41,866 bases of DNA from Alphaproteobacteria bacterium (GCA_027485005.1 JAIXRX010000035.1:1-41866), one strand, 5' to 3'. Shown: positions 8,160 to 18,500, counted from the first letter of the stretch. The notes: generated by a model from the sequence alone, not told the origin. Translations and numbers: made by a program.

Positions 8160-8759
8160 TTAAACTCCTTCATAACCGATAGTTAAATGTGTGTGAGCGG
8201 GCTTGAGCTTCTGGAAAATGCAGGCCAAATCATCCGCCTGTCGCCAATCAAGCAAATGCTGATCGAGGGTTGATTGGCCGCAATGCAAGTAAAGAGGCTT
8301 TGCGTCTGGAACATTCACCTTCCAGTAAAAGCGGACATGATGACCTTCGCTTAAAATGTCTGTACCAACACTGCTGATACCGCACATAAATGGGCGGTAT
8401 TCATCAATGGTGATGTCGTAACCAAGGGTTGCGGCCAGATCGATAAAGAACTGGCGGGATTGTCCACCAACACGCGTGTATTTAGTAACGACGGCGGCGA
8501 CACGTTCGGGCAAGGTATCTGCTAATATCGAGCAGCTATCTGGCAAGCCAAGCGCATCTTCCCAGTCCTCCAGCAGCTCAGAAACAGTGGTAGGTATGGC
8601 CTCGCGGATGATAACATCCACACGCTGGTGAATAAAGGCTAGCTCAGATGCAATCACTGATAGCGCCGCCAGCATGTCTTTTTCCTGCGCTGGCGTCCAT
8701 GCTTGGCCGGGCGGTAATAACTGTATCAGCTGGTCAAGGTAGCCGCTTCTATCCATCAC
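8160..8759 (-). CDS. Mu gp48-like baseplate/tail protein (DUF2313, YmfQ-like)
   Basis: Size and position after the baseplate J-like gene fit. The LLPPGQAW motif is typical of this family. Confidence 0.7.
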   Translation of the reverse strand: MMDRSGYLDQLIQLLPPGQAWTPAQEKDMLAALSVIASELAFIHQRVDVIIREAIPTTVSELLEDWEDALGLPDSCSILADTLPERVAAVVTKYTRVGGQSRQFFIDLAATLGYDITIDEYRPFMCGISSVGTDILSEGHHVRFYWKVNVPDAKPLYLHCGQSTLDQHLLDWRQADDLACIFQKLKPAHTHLTIGYEGV

Positions 8760-9820
8760 AGCGCCCCAAACGTAATGTTGCCGATAGTCGTGATATCGCC
8801 AAAGTCACGAGTGACATTGGCGCTGGGTGATACCAACGCATGGTCATGCTCACCGATGGCGATGGAGATAACTTCACGGATATGGGAAAGTAGAAGGGTG
8901 CCGCCCGGAATGGACTCGCGGCGAATCAGGTCTTCCAGCTCTGCCTGAATGGCGGTGCGGACGGCCAGCGTGTTTGGAGATATATTGATTTCAAAATCCA
9001 GCGCCACAGGCGTAGGAGCTGCCACAACAGCATCGGCCGTCGCTGGTCGCTGCACATCAATATGGTTTTGCACCAGCTCTACTTCGGGTGCCGATGGAAT
9101 AATGGTGCCTACCTTCTCATCCATGACAAATAGGAGATACACCGACCCGACGCCGAGTTGGCTTGGATAGACCCACGCACGGGTAACGCCCGCGATTTCC
9201 TTGGCCCACATTTCATAGTCGGCCGCATTGCCACCATGAGGCGGGGTTTGCCAGCGCGCTATAATTCGGCCGCGCCATGATGTCTCAGCATCTTCAATAT
9301 CCACCCCGCCGCTTAAACCATCTTCACCAACAATCACCGTGGATTGCACGCCTGGCACAGGTGAGGTAATGGTAAGCGTAGCACCGTCCACTGCATTGCC
9401 CGCTGCGCCAGAAACAACGGCCGTTACATCGCCAGTACCAACACCACCAGAAATAGTCACATCAGCATCCAGTGTATATTCCTGGCCATTGCTATGTCGC
9501 AGTGAGGTGCCAGCCGGAATTGTGCTGCCGTTGGTGCCTGTAAAATCTACCGCGCCGATGGCATGAGCGGCCTCTCGACGATCCACTTTCCAAACTTGGG
9601 CATGAAGTGGCAACCACTCCACATCGCAAGTGGTTGGCAATATCTGACGGGTGACATATTCAATATAGCCTTCCATCTGGTAGGATGCCATGGCGATCAT
9701 GCGTGCCAGCACATCCTCTACGGAAAAGCGCAACGGCGCTTCACCACTGCCAAAGGCAATGGCGATTTCTGCGCGCAGACGCTGGAGTGTTTCTTGCGGT
9801 AAAGAGCGATTATATGGCAT
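8756..9820 (-). CDS. Baseplate J-like protein (Mu gp47)
   Basis: Synteny and length fit. I chose the start at 9820 because AGGAGG lies 6 nt upstream; the track start at 9862 would overlap gp46 by 53 nt. Confidence 0.75.
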   Translation of the reverse strand: MPYNRSLPQETLQRLRAEIAIAFGSGEAPLRFSVEDVLARMIAMASYQMEGYIEYVTRQILPTTCDVEWLPLHAQVWKVDRREAAHAIGAVDFTGTNGSTIPAGTSLRHSNGQEYTLDADVTISGGVGTGDVTAVVSGAAGNAVDGATLTITSPVPGVQSTVIVGEDGLSGGVDIEDAETSWRGRIIARWQTPPHGGNAADYEMWAKEIAGVTRAWVYPSQLGVGSVYLLFVMDEKVGTIIPSAPEVELVQNHIDVQRPATADAVVAAPTPVALDFEINISPNTLAVRTAIQAELEDLIRRESIPGGTLLLSHIREVISIAIGEHDHALVSPSANVTRDFGDITTIGNITFGAL

Positions 9821-10268
9821 AGACACCTCCTGCCTGGACGGTCGTTTCAAAATACCCACCATCAGGAAGTCCTAGGCGGATAAGCATATCCAAACGACCA
9901 CGGCTGCTCCATTGCGCCTCAACATCAATGGTGATGACGTGCCCGTCTTCCACCATCCATTCCAGCGCCTCGCGGGCATAGAATATGGCGCGCTGGCGGG
10001 TTTCTTCTGTTTGTTTTTCACGCTCCAATAGCCATAGGCGCGAGCCGATACGCTGTTGCTGATCAAAAGCATCGCCTGCCCAGCCACGGCGGTCAGGTGG
10101 CACCGGGCCATTCTTGGTTGGCACGGGCAAAGCATCATCGACATCAGCGCGACGGTCAGTTAGCAGGCTAATAATCACTGCCGTTTCCAAGCCTTTTTCA
10201 GCCACCAGTTGGCCTGCATCATTGCGCGCAAGATCAATGCCACCATCAGCCATAGGGATCAGCTTCAT
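9810..10268 (-). CDS. Mu gp46-like baseplate protein (GP46 family)
   Basis: The sequence shows GP46-family features (LLTDRRA..., WAGD..., GSRLWLLEREK) and the synteny fits. Confidence 0.75.
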   Translation of the reverse strand: MKLIPMADGGIDLARNDAGQLVAEKGLETAVIISLLTDRRADVDDALPVPTKNGPVPPDRRGWAGDAFDQQQRIGSRLWLLEREKQTEETRQRAIFYAREALEWMVEDGHVITIDVEAQWSSRGRLDMLIRLGLPDGGYFETTVQAGGVYAI

Positions 10269-10846
10269 GCGCCGCCTCCCATCAACTGATTAGGCTCTTC
10301 AGTGTTGCCACTATTTGTTTCAGGGTGCGTGTGATTATTATAAACTTCACGCATTTCACTCATGCGCTGACCACCATCATCTGCCCGGTCGATAATTTCC
10401 CCAGTGCATTCCAGCAGTGGAGTCTCTAAACGCACCTTCGTCGTGGCTTTAATGACGAGAGTATCTGTATTCAGCTCAAGCACGCGGCCACGCTTAAAAT
10501 GCAGATAGTCTCCCTCATCCGTGTAATCAGCCACTTCGCCAGGGAGCAAACCAGTTTTGCGGTAGCGCGGATCGTCGGCGCTGATCACCACTGGGTGATC
10601 GCGGCCACCACCAAGGAAAAGCACCAGCGCTTGTGCGCCGGGAAGTGGCACGCTGCTGCGGCCATATTCTTGGACACGCTCTACATCCTCTTTAATCTCA
10701 GAAGACAGCACCTCAAGCTGGACGAGCTGGCGGCGGCCAGCATCATTGATGGCAAGTAGAACGGCGCGACCGATTGCCAACCCTACGGCATTGCGGGCGG
10801 CCTCAGTAGCATTTTGGATGCGCTGGCGAAGATTAGTCATTGTCAT
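10265..10846 (-). CDS. Baseplate assembly protein V-like (Mu gp45)
   Basis: The V/gp45-like core (VQEYGRSSVPLPGAQALVLFLGGGRDHPVVI) is present. The start was moved to Met39 so that it abuts the stop of the P-like gene. Confidence 0.75.
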   Translation of the reverse strand: MTMTNLRQRIQNATEAARNAVGLAIGRAVLLAINDAGRRQLVQLEVLSSEIKEDVERVQEYGRSSVPLPGAQALVLFLGGGRDHPVVISADDPRYRKTGLLPGEVADYTDEGDYLHFKRGRVLELNTDTLVIKATTKVRLETPLLECTGEIIDRADDGGQRMSEMREVYNNHTHPETNSGNTEEPNQLMGGGA

Positions 10847-11939
10847 CCGCCCATACAGTAGTTGCGCCAGAGCCAGAGGCATTGCTATTTGTGCTGCCAT
10901 CATCGCTGTCGCTGTTTGCCTTGGTGTCGATGTCAAAGGCTTCTGGTAAGGCCAAATCAAGACGAGTGTTGGTGCCTTGTGCGCCGCGACTGAATTCTAC
11001 TGCAACAATCAACATATCGCTGGCAATACCAGCAATAGGATCGGTCACGCTTACTAAGGTGTTTGGCCGCCATAAAACACTGTCGGCGGCATACCAGCCA
11101 TGCACGACATAACTCGCTTTTGTGCCGCGTGCGCGGTCGGCTTTACGCTCCCAAAGTGCGCGTTCTTTTAGAGTGCCACTGTATCCTTGGTTTTCACCCA
11201 CCAGCACTTTCGGACGATAACGCGTGACTTCGCCATCTTCCACGCGGCCTTCACCACCCGCCATTTGTTTCGCTTCCGTGGTGCCGTCGAGTGATTCTGC
11301 CTGACCCTTAACCACATAAAGACTATGGCGCTGGGTAGCATCGACCGTCATTTCACCAGTCAGGATATTTTGGCCAAAAATCAGTGCCCCGGCACTGCGT
11401 TCAGACGCTGGGCGCGTTAACACCAACCCACCAATGCCATCAGATACTGGCAGCACCCCGTGTGCACGGCATGCGCGGTCAATAAAATCAAAGGCAGTTT
11501 CACCCGGCTGTATTGCCAAACGCTTGATCGTAGGCGCGGGATTTAACTCGCTTTTAACGGTAATTTTAAAAGGCTCTACTATCTTGCGAATGACAGCATC
11601 CAGCGGCATATTGTTATATTCAAACGGCCCTTTTACGGTAGCGGCGCAGTCAATGAGATCGCCTACCTTGTCGCGCCCGCTGATGCTTAGGGTAACAGTA
11701 TCTGCCGAGTAGCTGACGTTTTTGCTATCGATCCACCCAATCAATACTGGCGCATTATCGATTTCAACATGCACAGATCGGCCGGGCTGGATTTGTGGAA
11801 TTGTGCCATCTGACATTTGACGCATCAGGCTGACATTAAACTCGCCTGACATGCATGTCAGGTCACGGCGGATACTGATTTCTTCCCAACCAAAATATAG
11901 ATCGCCGCCAAGGCGTAGGCCAAAAGATGCGTTAATCAT
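10833..11939 (-). CDS. Mu gpP-like tail protein (gp44, late-control-D-like)
   Basis: Length and position between the N-like and V-like genes fit Mu gpP. Confidence 0.7.
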   Translation of the reverse strand: MINASFGLRLGGDLYFGWEEISIRRDLTCMSGEFNVSLMRQMSDGTIPQIQPGRSVHVEIDNAPVLIGWIDSKNVSYSADTVTLSISGRDKVGDLIDCAATVKGPFEYNNMPLDAVIRKIVEPFKITVKSELNPAPTIKRLAIQPGETAFDFIDRACRAHGVLPVSDGIGGLVLTRPASERSAGALIFGQNILTGEMTVDATQRHSLYVVKGQAESLDGTTEAKQMAGGEGRVEDGEVTRYRPKVLVGENQGYSGTLKERALWERKADRARGTKASYVVHGWYAADSVLWRPNTLVSVTDPIAGIASDMLIVAVEFSRGAQGTNTRLDLALPEAFDIDTKANSDSDDGSTNSNASGSGATTVWADDND

Positions 11940-13161
11940 TGAGCAACACCTCCATCGGACGTGGCGCTACAAAGCCGGGATGTGCTACGCGGTTACGCTT
12001 TGCGATATCGGTGGCGCGCTCAAAAATAATAGATGAATCATCACCATAAAGACGGTTGGCCACGGCCAGTGATGGACGCACCACGCTACTGGCAACATTG
12101 ACTGTGCGAGGTAGGCGGCCAATCCGCGTTGTTACATCTTCAGTCACGGCTACCAGCATATCTGTGCTTGCCTGCCAGGCTGGCATGTAACCAGCCGTTA
12201 ATTGACGCTCACGCAATTCCTGCAGGCTATCACTCATCATATTGCGAGTGGACAGTGCTTGCTCGCGGCTTTCATATTGTACATAGCGTGCAACACCACC
12301 TGCCGCTGCAAGCGCAGAGGTTTTGACCAAGGTAGAAACAGCATCCGCATTGGATATCATCGCAGCACGGCTGGGGCTGGTAGGCGTGATATTGGTCTGC
12401 ACATCGTGATTGGCTACTTGCACCAATGCTCGCATGGTTTGCAAAGGGCTGTCAGTGTTGGTCGGCGCAGCAGGCGTGCCAATAATCGGAGTAATACCTG
12501 GGCGCATATTGCTGACGATACCGCTAAATAACGCCGCTACTTGGTCACCAGTGGTACCTCTCAGGCTGGTGAAGTTTGAAGGATTAAGGCGATATGAAAG
12601 GCCGCTGTAGCGGAAGGCATCTTGTGCAAATGTCAGGAACTCACCCAGCACTCCAAGCCCATGCAGATCGACAAAACCAGGCAAAATACCGCTGGCCAGT
12701 GCACTGTTGAAATCCACTGATGCCAAATCAAACATACGACCAGACATCAAGCTCATCTGACGGCCAGTATCGCCCAAAACAGATAGTCCTGCCGTGGAGC
12801 TATAACGCTCAAAAGAAACGCTAAACCCTACTTCACCAATCGTATCTTTTGAGTGAGCGCGGCGCATTTCTTTAACCACCACCTGCACCTCTCCATAATG
12901 CGGATGCAGTAACGTGCCGGGGCCTTTTTGCAGAAAGGCCGCTTCCAGTGCCGCCGCACGCGCAACAAAACCACCGCCGATAATGACGGCCTGAATGTTG
13001 AATGCCAACGGGAGCTGGCCTAAATCTTCATGGAAAGGTTCATCTCGGCCGGGGGCTTGCTTGGTAACGATACGGCGGCCAGAGTTGGTGTCGTCGCTCT
13101 CCATATGAAACGACAATCCTCGAAAAGATGCGGGCCGTAACTCTGCGCGAAAGTCTGGCAT
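11932..13161 (-). CDS. DNA circularisation protein N-like (Mu gp43)
   Basis: The N-terminal signature ASFRGLSF...GRRIV...PGRDEPFHEDLG is typical of the Mu N family. Confidence 0.8.
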   Translation of the reverse strand: MPDFRAELRPASFRGLSFHMESDDTNSGRRIVTKQAPGRDEPFHEDLGQLPLAFNIQAVIIGGGFVARAAALEAAFLQKGPGTLLHPHYGEVQVVVKEMRRAHSKDTIGEVGFSVSFERYSSTAGLSVLGDTGRQMSLMSGRMFDLASVDFNSALASGILPGFVDLHGLGVLGEFLTFAQDAFRYSGLSYRLNPSNFTSLRGTTGDQVAALFSGIVSNMRPGITPIIGTPAAPTNTDSPLQTMRALVQVANHDVQTNITPTSPSRAAMISNADAVSTLVKTSALAAAGGVARYVQYESREQALSTRNMMSDSLQELRERQLTAGYMPAWQASTDMLVAVTEDVTTRIGRLPRTVNVASSVVRPSLAVANRLYGDDSSIIFERATDIAKRNRVAHPGFVAPRPMEVLLND

Positions 13162-14831
13162 TATATGCCTCCCATCAGCGCGCCTGTATTGGCACTTTGG
13201 AATTGAATGCGACGATCATTGCTATTGGTTTCAGCAACACGCGCCTTTCCATCTTGGGCGATTTCAATTTTGATAGTGCCGCCTGCGTCAACTTTACTGT
13301 TAGCTGCTCCACGGCGTGAGATCGCACCCAACCCGGCGGATGGTGCAGATGAATTTTGTTCATCACTACCGCCAGCCAGAAGGTTGATTCCTTTGTTAAC
13401 GCCTGTGCTTACCGCACGGCCGATACGGGCGGCACCACTCAGAACTTTGGATATCATTTCAAGGAGCGGCTGCAAGCCAGCTGTAATGTTGGTTACACTA
13501 TCGTTAAAGACGTTTTTAATGCTGTTCCAAAGATCAATAAAGAAGCCTTTTACTGCCTCCCAGTTTTTGATCAGGAGGTAGCCTGCGCCTGCCAAAGCAG
13601 CAATGGCTACCATTACGACGCCAATCGGGTTAGCCAGCAGCACCAGATTGAATGCCTGCATAACCGTATAGCCTGCACGGATCGCAGTAATAAAGTTCAT
13701 GATCGCGGCCACACCCGTCATGCTGACCATAAAGAATTTGATGGCCTTACTAGCAAACATAAATGCCAATGGCATTTTACCCATCACCAGCATCAGCCCT
13801 GCAATGCCTACGATGAATTGTCCAATAACCACCACAATCGGGCCGATAGCAGCCATGATGAGCGCAAACCAGGTGATCGCCGATTTAAGTCCGGGAGGTA
13901 AGCCCATGAAGCCTTTTACTAACCCGCGAATGCTCTCAGTGATTGATTTTATCTTATCGCCAATCTCAAGGTCTTCCCAAAGCTGCGCTCCAAACTCAGA
14001 AAAGATGCCAGTCAGTGAGTTACGCAGTTCTTTGAATACCCCATTGATGCTCTTGCCCTGACGATCCATCATGCCGTGGAAACGCCCACCTTCTTCCGTC
14101 AAGCCCATCATCGCCTTGCGATAGTCTTGGAAGGTGATCTTGCCATTGGCAGCCATGTTCCAGACCTGCTTTTCAGTTTTGCCCAAACTTTTAGCTAGTT
14201 GTTCCACGATGGGGATGTTGGATTTTATCATTGTCTGCAGGTCACCATCGCTGACTTTTCCAGCTTTGCGCAGTGAAATATATTGATCGGTCAGTCCAGC
14301 AAGAGAGGTGCGACTCCCGGCCGCAACTTCCCCCAGCATTGAAAGGCGCGTGCGGATTTCATCCATGCTGTAGCCTGCGGTTTCCAGCTGCTTCACAGTC
14401 GCGCTGAACTCTTCCACGCCAAACTTGTCGATATAGCCTTGGAGTGAAAATACAAACTGGCGGGCTTTGTCAGCGCTACCTGCCAGATGCTCCATCTGTA
14501 TCGTCAGTTCTTCCATCTGCCCGGCCGCACGAATAGATAGCGCGCCAACGCCGATGATTGGTAGTGAGACGCGGGCTGTTAAAAAGCCGCCGATTTCGGC
14601 TGCCTTCTTACCAACCTTATCCATTTTGTCGGCCACCTCATTCCAATTCTTGATGATGGCGCGGGCTGCAGCGGCAGCGCCTATGCGAATACGATCAAGC
14701 TGGGCACGCATGGCACCAACAGCGCCGTTAGCGCTGTTGGTAGCTGTGCGTAGTGAGTTGGTGATATTGCGAACAGGAGCGGTGACCTTATCAACCGCCT
14801 CCAGAATCATCTTCAAGTTCAGATTTTTCAT
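13161..14831 (-). CDS. Tail tape measure protein
   Basis: It is a long, helical, Ala/Gly-rich protein with internal hydrophobic segments and follows the chaperone gene. I prefer the ATG at 14831 to the TTG at 14873. Confidence 0.85.
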   Translation of the reverse strand: MKNLNLKMILEAVDKVTAPVRNITNSLRTATNSANGAVGAMRAQLDRIRIGAAAAARAIIKNWNEVADKMDKVGKKAAEIGGFLTARVSLPIIGVGALSIRAAGQMEELTIQMEHLAGSADKARQFVFSLQGYIDKFGVEEFSATVKQLETAGYSMDEIRTRLSMLGEVAAGSRTSLAGLTDQYISLRKAGKVSDGDLQTMIKSNIPIVEQLAKSLGKTEKQVWNMAANGKITFQDYRKAMMGLTEEGGRFHGMMDRQGKSINGVFKELRNSLTGIFSEFGAQLWEDLEIGDKIKSITESIRGLVKGFMGLPPGLKSAITWFALIMAAIGPIVVVIGQFIVGIAGLMLVMGKMPLAFMFASKAIKFFMVSMTGVAAIMNFITAIRAGYTVMQAFNLVLLANPIGVVMVAIAALAGAGYLLIKNWEAVKGFFIDLWNSIKNVFNDSVTNITAGLQPLLEMISKVLSGAARIGRAVSTGVNKGINLLAGGSDEQNSSAPSAGLGAISRRGAANSKVDAGGTIKIEIAQDGKARVAETNSNDRRIQFQSANTGALMGGI

Positions 14832-15344
14832 AAATTTCTCTCGCAATATCGCCCCACCAACGGAGACGATCAAAATCCAAATGCATTATTTCGGCTTCGC
14901 CAAAGCCAAAAGTTGCAGCCACTACTCCGACGATTTCTCGCCAGTCTTGAGCTGCTTTGGGAAAAAACGCTCAACGACCTCACCAAAACGCGCAAGATCG
15001 TCTGCATCAATTCGGCTAACGATTTCCGTAGCTTTGGCAGATAAACGGCTCAACAACATCAGTGCGATTTCCGCATCTGTTTTTTGTGCCTTTTCGGCCT
15101 TCTGCACTTCAACCAAATCAGCGGCGCAGGTACGGCGCACACGCAGGCTATCAAATTGCAGCGGTGCCACTTTTCCATCTTTGCGCACCTGAACTTCAAA
15201 TGGCCATTTGAGACGCATAGTATAAGAACCATCACCATTTGCCGTTAGCCATTCAGGCATTGCTTCTACAACGTCATCATTGAGTGGAGCTGCCTCAGCA
15301 TCTACAACCGCTTCGCTATCCAGCGAGTAAATATCGTTGTTCAT
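14791..15344 (-). CDS. Tail assembly chaperone, predicted -1 frameshift fusion product
   Basis: The -1 frame stays open from the T_TTT_TTC site (14967-14961) for 47 further codons (...PKAAQDWREIVGVVAATFGFGEAEIMHLDFDRLRWWGDIAREIYEKSELEDDSGGG*). It fills the otherwise non-coding gap and overlaps the tape measure start. Confidence 0.65.
14922..15344 (-). CDS. Tail assembly chaperone (short, in-frame product)
   Basis: It is an acidic 140-aa protein between the tube and tape measure genes and contains a slippery heptamer near its 3' end. Confidence 0.75.
   Translation of the reverse strand: MNNDIYSLDSEAVVDAEAAPLNDDVVEAMPEWLTANGDGSYTMRLKWPFEVQVRKDGKVAPLQFDSLRVRRTCAADLVEVQKAEKAQKTDAEIALMLLSRLSAKATEIVSRIDADDLARFGEVVERFFPKQLKTGEKSSE
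14961..14967 (-). promoter_or_regulatory. Slippery heptamer T_TTT_TTC (programmed -1 ribosomal frameshift site)
   Basis: It matches the canonical X_XXY_YYZ pattern in the zero frame (cgT TTT TTC). Confidence 0.6.
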
Positions 15345-15715
15345 TAGCCCACGATCTCCTCTGCTGGATCACCCGAAAATTCCAGCGGTGCAATACCGCC
15401 AGAATCGCCATCAGATACAGCTACGGCACCTGTCTGAACGGCATTGCGAATGATGTAAGTGCGCCCGGAATCACAACGGAAGGTGATGTCCACCTCTGTT
15501 AATGAAGCTAATGCAACAATTGACGTGTCCTCTGTCACTGGTACAGAACAGGTGATCGTCGATGGCTGTAGACTCTGATTGTATTTGATGCCGTGGGTGA
15601 AGGCACGGGCAACAGAGCGCAAGCCGCCGACTTGAAGACTAGCACCGGGTTGGCTGTCGTAGAACTGCCCATCAATATGGATCGTCGCACGACCAAATAA
15701 TTTACGGTTAGACAT
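15344..15715 (-). CDS. Tail tube protein (Mu gpM-like)
   Basis: It is a 123-aa protein immediately downstream of the sheath gene, in Mu synteny. Confidence 0.75.
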   Translation of the reverse strand: MSNRKLFGRATIHIDGQFYDSQPGASLQVGGLRSVARAFTHGIKYNQSLQPSTITCSVPVTEDTSIVALASLTEVDITFRCDSGRTYIIRNAVQTGAVAVSDGDSGGIAPLEFSGDPAEEIVG

Positions 15716-15744
15716 AATTTTTTGCCTTTCTCAAGGAAGAGTGA

Positions 15745-17220
15745 TTAGAGGTAGAATTCCACCTTGCCCGCAAATACGCGGAACTGGTTGATGATGTCCG
15801 GCGGAATAATCGCATCAACACGGTTAGGATCGGTGACATTACGTTCCACCAATAAATCCGTTTTGAACTGCTCAAAATTTTCTACCAGGCCAACTTCTTC
15901 CCACAGCTTGAAGCGTGAGATGAGGAAATTACGGATGATAGATGGCGTTACAATAGCCTGACCTTCACCAAAGTTGGTGCCGTCGTTAGCGAGTTTGTAT
16001 CGTGGGAAACGCTGCAAAATGGCGGTGCGGGTATCGTAACGCAGATACGCTAGCGTGTGCATGCTTTCGATATCCAGATAGGACGGATCATCCACGCCTG
16101 CAGGGTTAAGACGATAGCTGGTGACCACGCGCTCTAAATAAACCGTGCCATCAGCACCCACGATAAACGTGCTGATCCCATTGTGCAGCAGGATATTGCG
16201 CTCTTCCAATGTAAAGCGATCAACAATGCTCGGAGCCATCATGCCTGGTAGCGGTAAACGCTGGACTGGGCGTGCCGGGTCAATCTGCAGATTGTATGCA
16301 CATACAGCGCCAAGCAGTGCTGCCATCTCATACGGCGGGGTTGGTGATTTATAAGCTCCCAGCGCACTGCCCTGAGGTGAATTGCGGCCCTGACCTTTGG
16401 TGACCAGGTTGGCATGGCTGGCGGAATAGGCGATATAATAATGTCCCTCCAGCATTTTCAACGGGCCAAAACGTTCGGCCATTTCTGTTTCCAGCTTCAC
16501 CAGGTTAGAGCTGTCGTTATAGGCGCAAACGAATGCTGTGTACCAATCATCACCAATTGCTGCAAAAACATCCGCAATGTCTGGGTTAGCGGTGCCGCCT
16601 GACATAGCGGTCAAAGTAAGTGTAATGCCAGCAGGAAGCTTTTCATCCTGATGGTAATTGACGCGCAAATCGATATCATTACCGTTCAAGCCTTTGTGGC
16701 GGGCAGTCAGATCAACCTCAAAGTTATTGACGCCATTCACAGCAGCTGTAATGGGCAACGATGTTTGCGCCGTAATGGCGGCCGCGATTGCAGTTGCCAC
16801 CTGAGCTGCGGTATTAGTGGCAGCTACCGCAACCTGCACTTGGCGACCAGCGATGTATAGGTTAATCGTGCCAGCGGCGGATGCAGGCCCGGTCACTGCA
16901 ATTTTACCTGTCGCCGCAACACCTGCACCATTGTCAGCCTGAGCAATGGCCCAAACTTCCAGGAAGCTGTTGGCAGTTTTGAAACGCTCAAGCATATGTG
17001 CCAATTGCGAACCTTGGCCAAAATATGCAATGGCCTGCGCGATGGAAGTAATCAGCAATGGCGTATTAGACGCTGCCGTACCGCTGGCGAGTTTTTGACC
17101 AATGACCAGGACACGGGTTGGGTATGCGTTCAAGCCGCGATTGGCTTTCTCATTGGAGATTTCAATATACGCACCAGGAACGCGCAGATTGATAGGAATC
17201 TGATTAAAGCTGATAGCCAT
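15745..17220 (-). CDS. Contractile tail sheath protein (Mu gpL-like)
   Basis: It is a 491-aa protein in the sheath position with sheath-like N-terminal (ISFNQIPINLRVPG) and C-terminal regions. Confidence 0.85.
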   Translation of the reverse strand: MAISFNQIPINLRVPGAYIEISNEKANRGLNAYPTRVLVIGQKLASGTAASNTPLLITSIAQAIAYFGQGSQLAHMLERFKTANSFLEVWAIAQADNGAGVAATGKIAVTGPASAAGTINLYIAGRQVQVAVAATNTAAQVATAIAAAITAQTSLPITAAVNGVNNFEVDLTARHKGLNGNDIDLRVNYHQDEKLPAGITLTLTAMSGGTANPDIADVFAAIGDDWYTAFVCAYNDSSNLVKLETEMAERFGPLKMLEGHYYIAYSASHANLVTKGQGRNSPQGSALGAYKSPTPPYEMAALLGAVCAYNLQIDPARPVQRLPLPGMMAPSIVDRFTLEERNILLHNGISTFIVGADGTVYLERVVTSYRLNPAGVDDPSYLDIESMHTLAYLRYDTRTAILQRFPRYKLANDGTNFGEGQAIVTPSIIRNFLISRFKLWEEVGLVENFEQFKTDLLVERNVTDPNRVDAIIPPDIINQFRVFAGKVEFYL

Positions 17221-17222
17221 GT

Positions 17223-17420
17223 TTAAGCATCCTTCTTAGTAGGTTTAACAGGGGTTTTAAGGGCGGGTTTTTGCTCGCCGACCATTACATCGCCATCATT
17301 GATGCGGCGTTGCCAGTAAGTGGTGGACTCAACCACCCGGCCTGCTTTGGGCAAAAAATCGTGCTGTTCAGGGTCAGTGACCAGCAGATCGTTTTGCGGG
17401 ATCACAAAAATTTTAGTCAT
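17223..17420 (-). CDS. Small conserved Mu-like protein (gp38/DUF2635-like)
   Basis: It is a 65-aa ORF tightly packed before the sheath gene, as in Mu-like phages. Confidence 0.55.
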   Translation of the reverse strand: MTKIFVIPQNDLLVTDPEQHDFLPKAGRVVESTTYWQRRINDGDVMVGEQKPALKTPVKPTKKDA

Positions 17421-18012
17421 CGATTGGCTCCTGGATGGGAAGGGTTACAAGGTCACGGGCATCTGCGTTTTCAGCAGGCAGGGGCGGTGTGACATTGCCG
17501 TGCAGTGGAATGTCCCAGGCGGGTGCCCATGTTTCAAAATCACCAAGCTCGGCCGTATTGGCTGGGGTCAGCACAAAGCTTGTTTCAAAGTTGATTGAGT
17601 AAACGCTGGCGAGCTGGGTGCCAGATAGGTCATTCATCAGCGGCTGGATGGAACGGGCAACCAATGGGGTAATCTCTAGCCCAAGGGTTTGACCGTTGAA
17701 TAATGCCAGCATATCCTGAATGATCTGATAGCTGCCCACTTTGCCATCAGAACCGTGGCGTGAAGTCTTCTCATTCCGCAGACTGGTGGCACAGCAAATG
17801 ACTGAGAAAGTACCCTTCATCTCAAAATCAAGACGGCCTTCCTTGGTAAGGTTTGCCCCATTGAATGCGAGAAGAACCGCAGGAAAATCGCGCACCAGAT
17901 TGCCGATAGCCTCTTCAAATTCTCCCGCATATGTTGCTACCTTGCGCAGTTTGTAACCAAGTGCGGTGGCGTTTATACGGCCAATCATGGCATTTTCGAT
18001 GGCAGAGATCAT
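17413..18012 (-). CDS. Mu gp37-like tail/neck protein (DUF1834-like)
   Basis: Synteny and size fit. The call is tentative. Confidence 0.6.
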   Translation of the reverse strand: MISAIENAMIGRINATALGYKLRKVATYAGEFEEAIGNLVRDFPAVLLAFNGANLTKEGRLDFEMKGTFSVICCATSLRNEKTSRHGSDGKVGSYQIIQDMLALFNGQTLGLEITPLVARSIQPLMNDLSGTQLASVYSINFETSFVLTPANTAELGDFETWAPAWDIPLHGNVTPPLPAENADARDLVTLPIQEPIDD

Positions 18013-18500
18013 TGTGCTATCCCTTCCAGCCAGTTTTCAGCAATTTTGTTGATGCCATTTTCTTCCAGCTTGCTGATTCCGAGAAACGGGCGCGCTGGGA
18101 TGGTCACTTTTTTCGCAAAAACCATGCCGCCATTATCCCCCATAAAGGCAAGATAGCGCGAATTCTTTGGACGAATCTCACCACCCCATTGATGGATGGC
18201 GGCATATTTGACATTGGTTCCCCACTCAACCAATGCGGCACTGGCCTGATAAACAAATGATGTTACCAACCGAGTACTCTTGGTCAGGGTCTTGCCCCCC
18301 TTCGTAATCGCCCGGCGGCTAGGACGCCATTTGATGCCCTCAGCCGTTTCTTGATCAAGAAAGTGCTGCTGGGTTGTGCTCACGCCATACGCGCCAATGG
18401 ATTCCAGTAGCGCTTTGCGCTCATCAGGTGATTGGATGCGTTCCAGTGTTTTAAAAAGGGATTTTGCGCCTTCATAGCGGAGACTGATGGTCATCACCAT
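18009..18500 (-). CDS. Virion morphogenesis protein (Mu gpG / P2 gpS-like tail completion family)
   Basis: Family-like features are present (AIHQWGG..., RPFLGIS). Confidence 0.7.
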   Translation of the reverse strand: MVMTISLRYEGAKSLFKTLERIQSPDERKALLESIGAYGVSTTQQHFLDQETAEGIKWRPSRRAITKGGKTLTKSTRLVTSFVYQASAALVEWGTNVKYAAIHQWGGEIRPKNSRYLAFMGDNGGMVFAKKVTIPARPFLGISKLEENGINKIAENWLEGIAQ

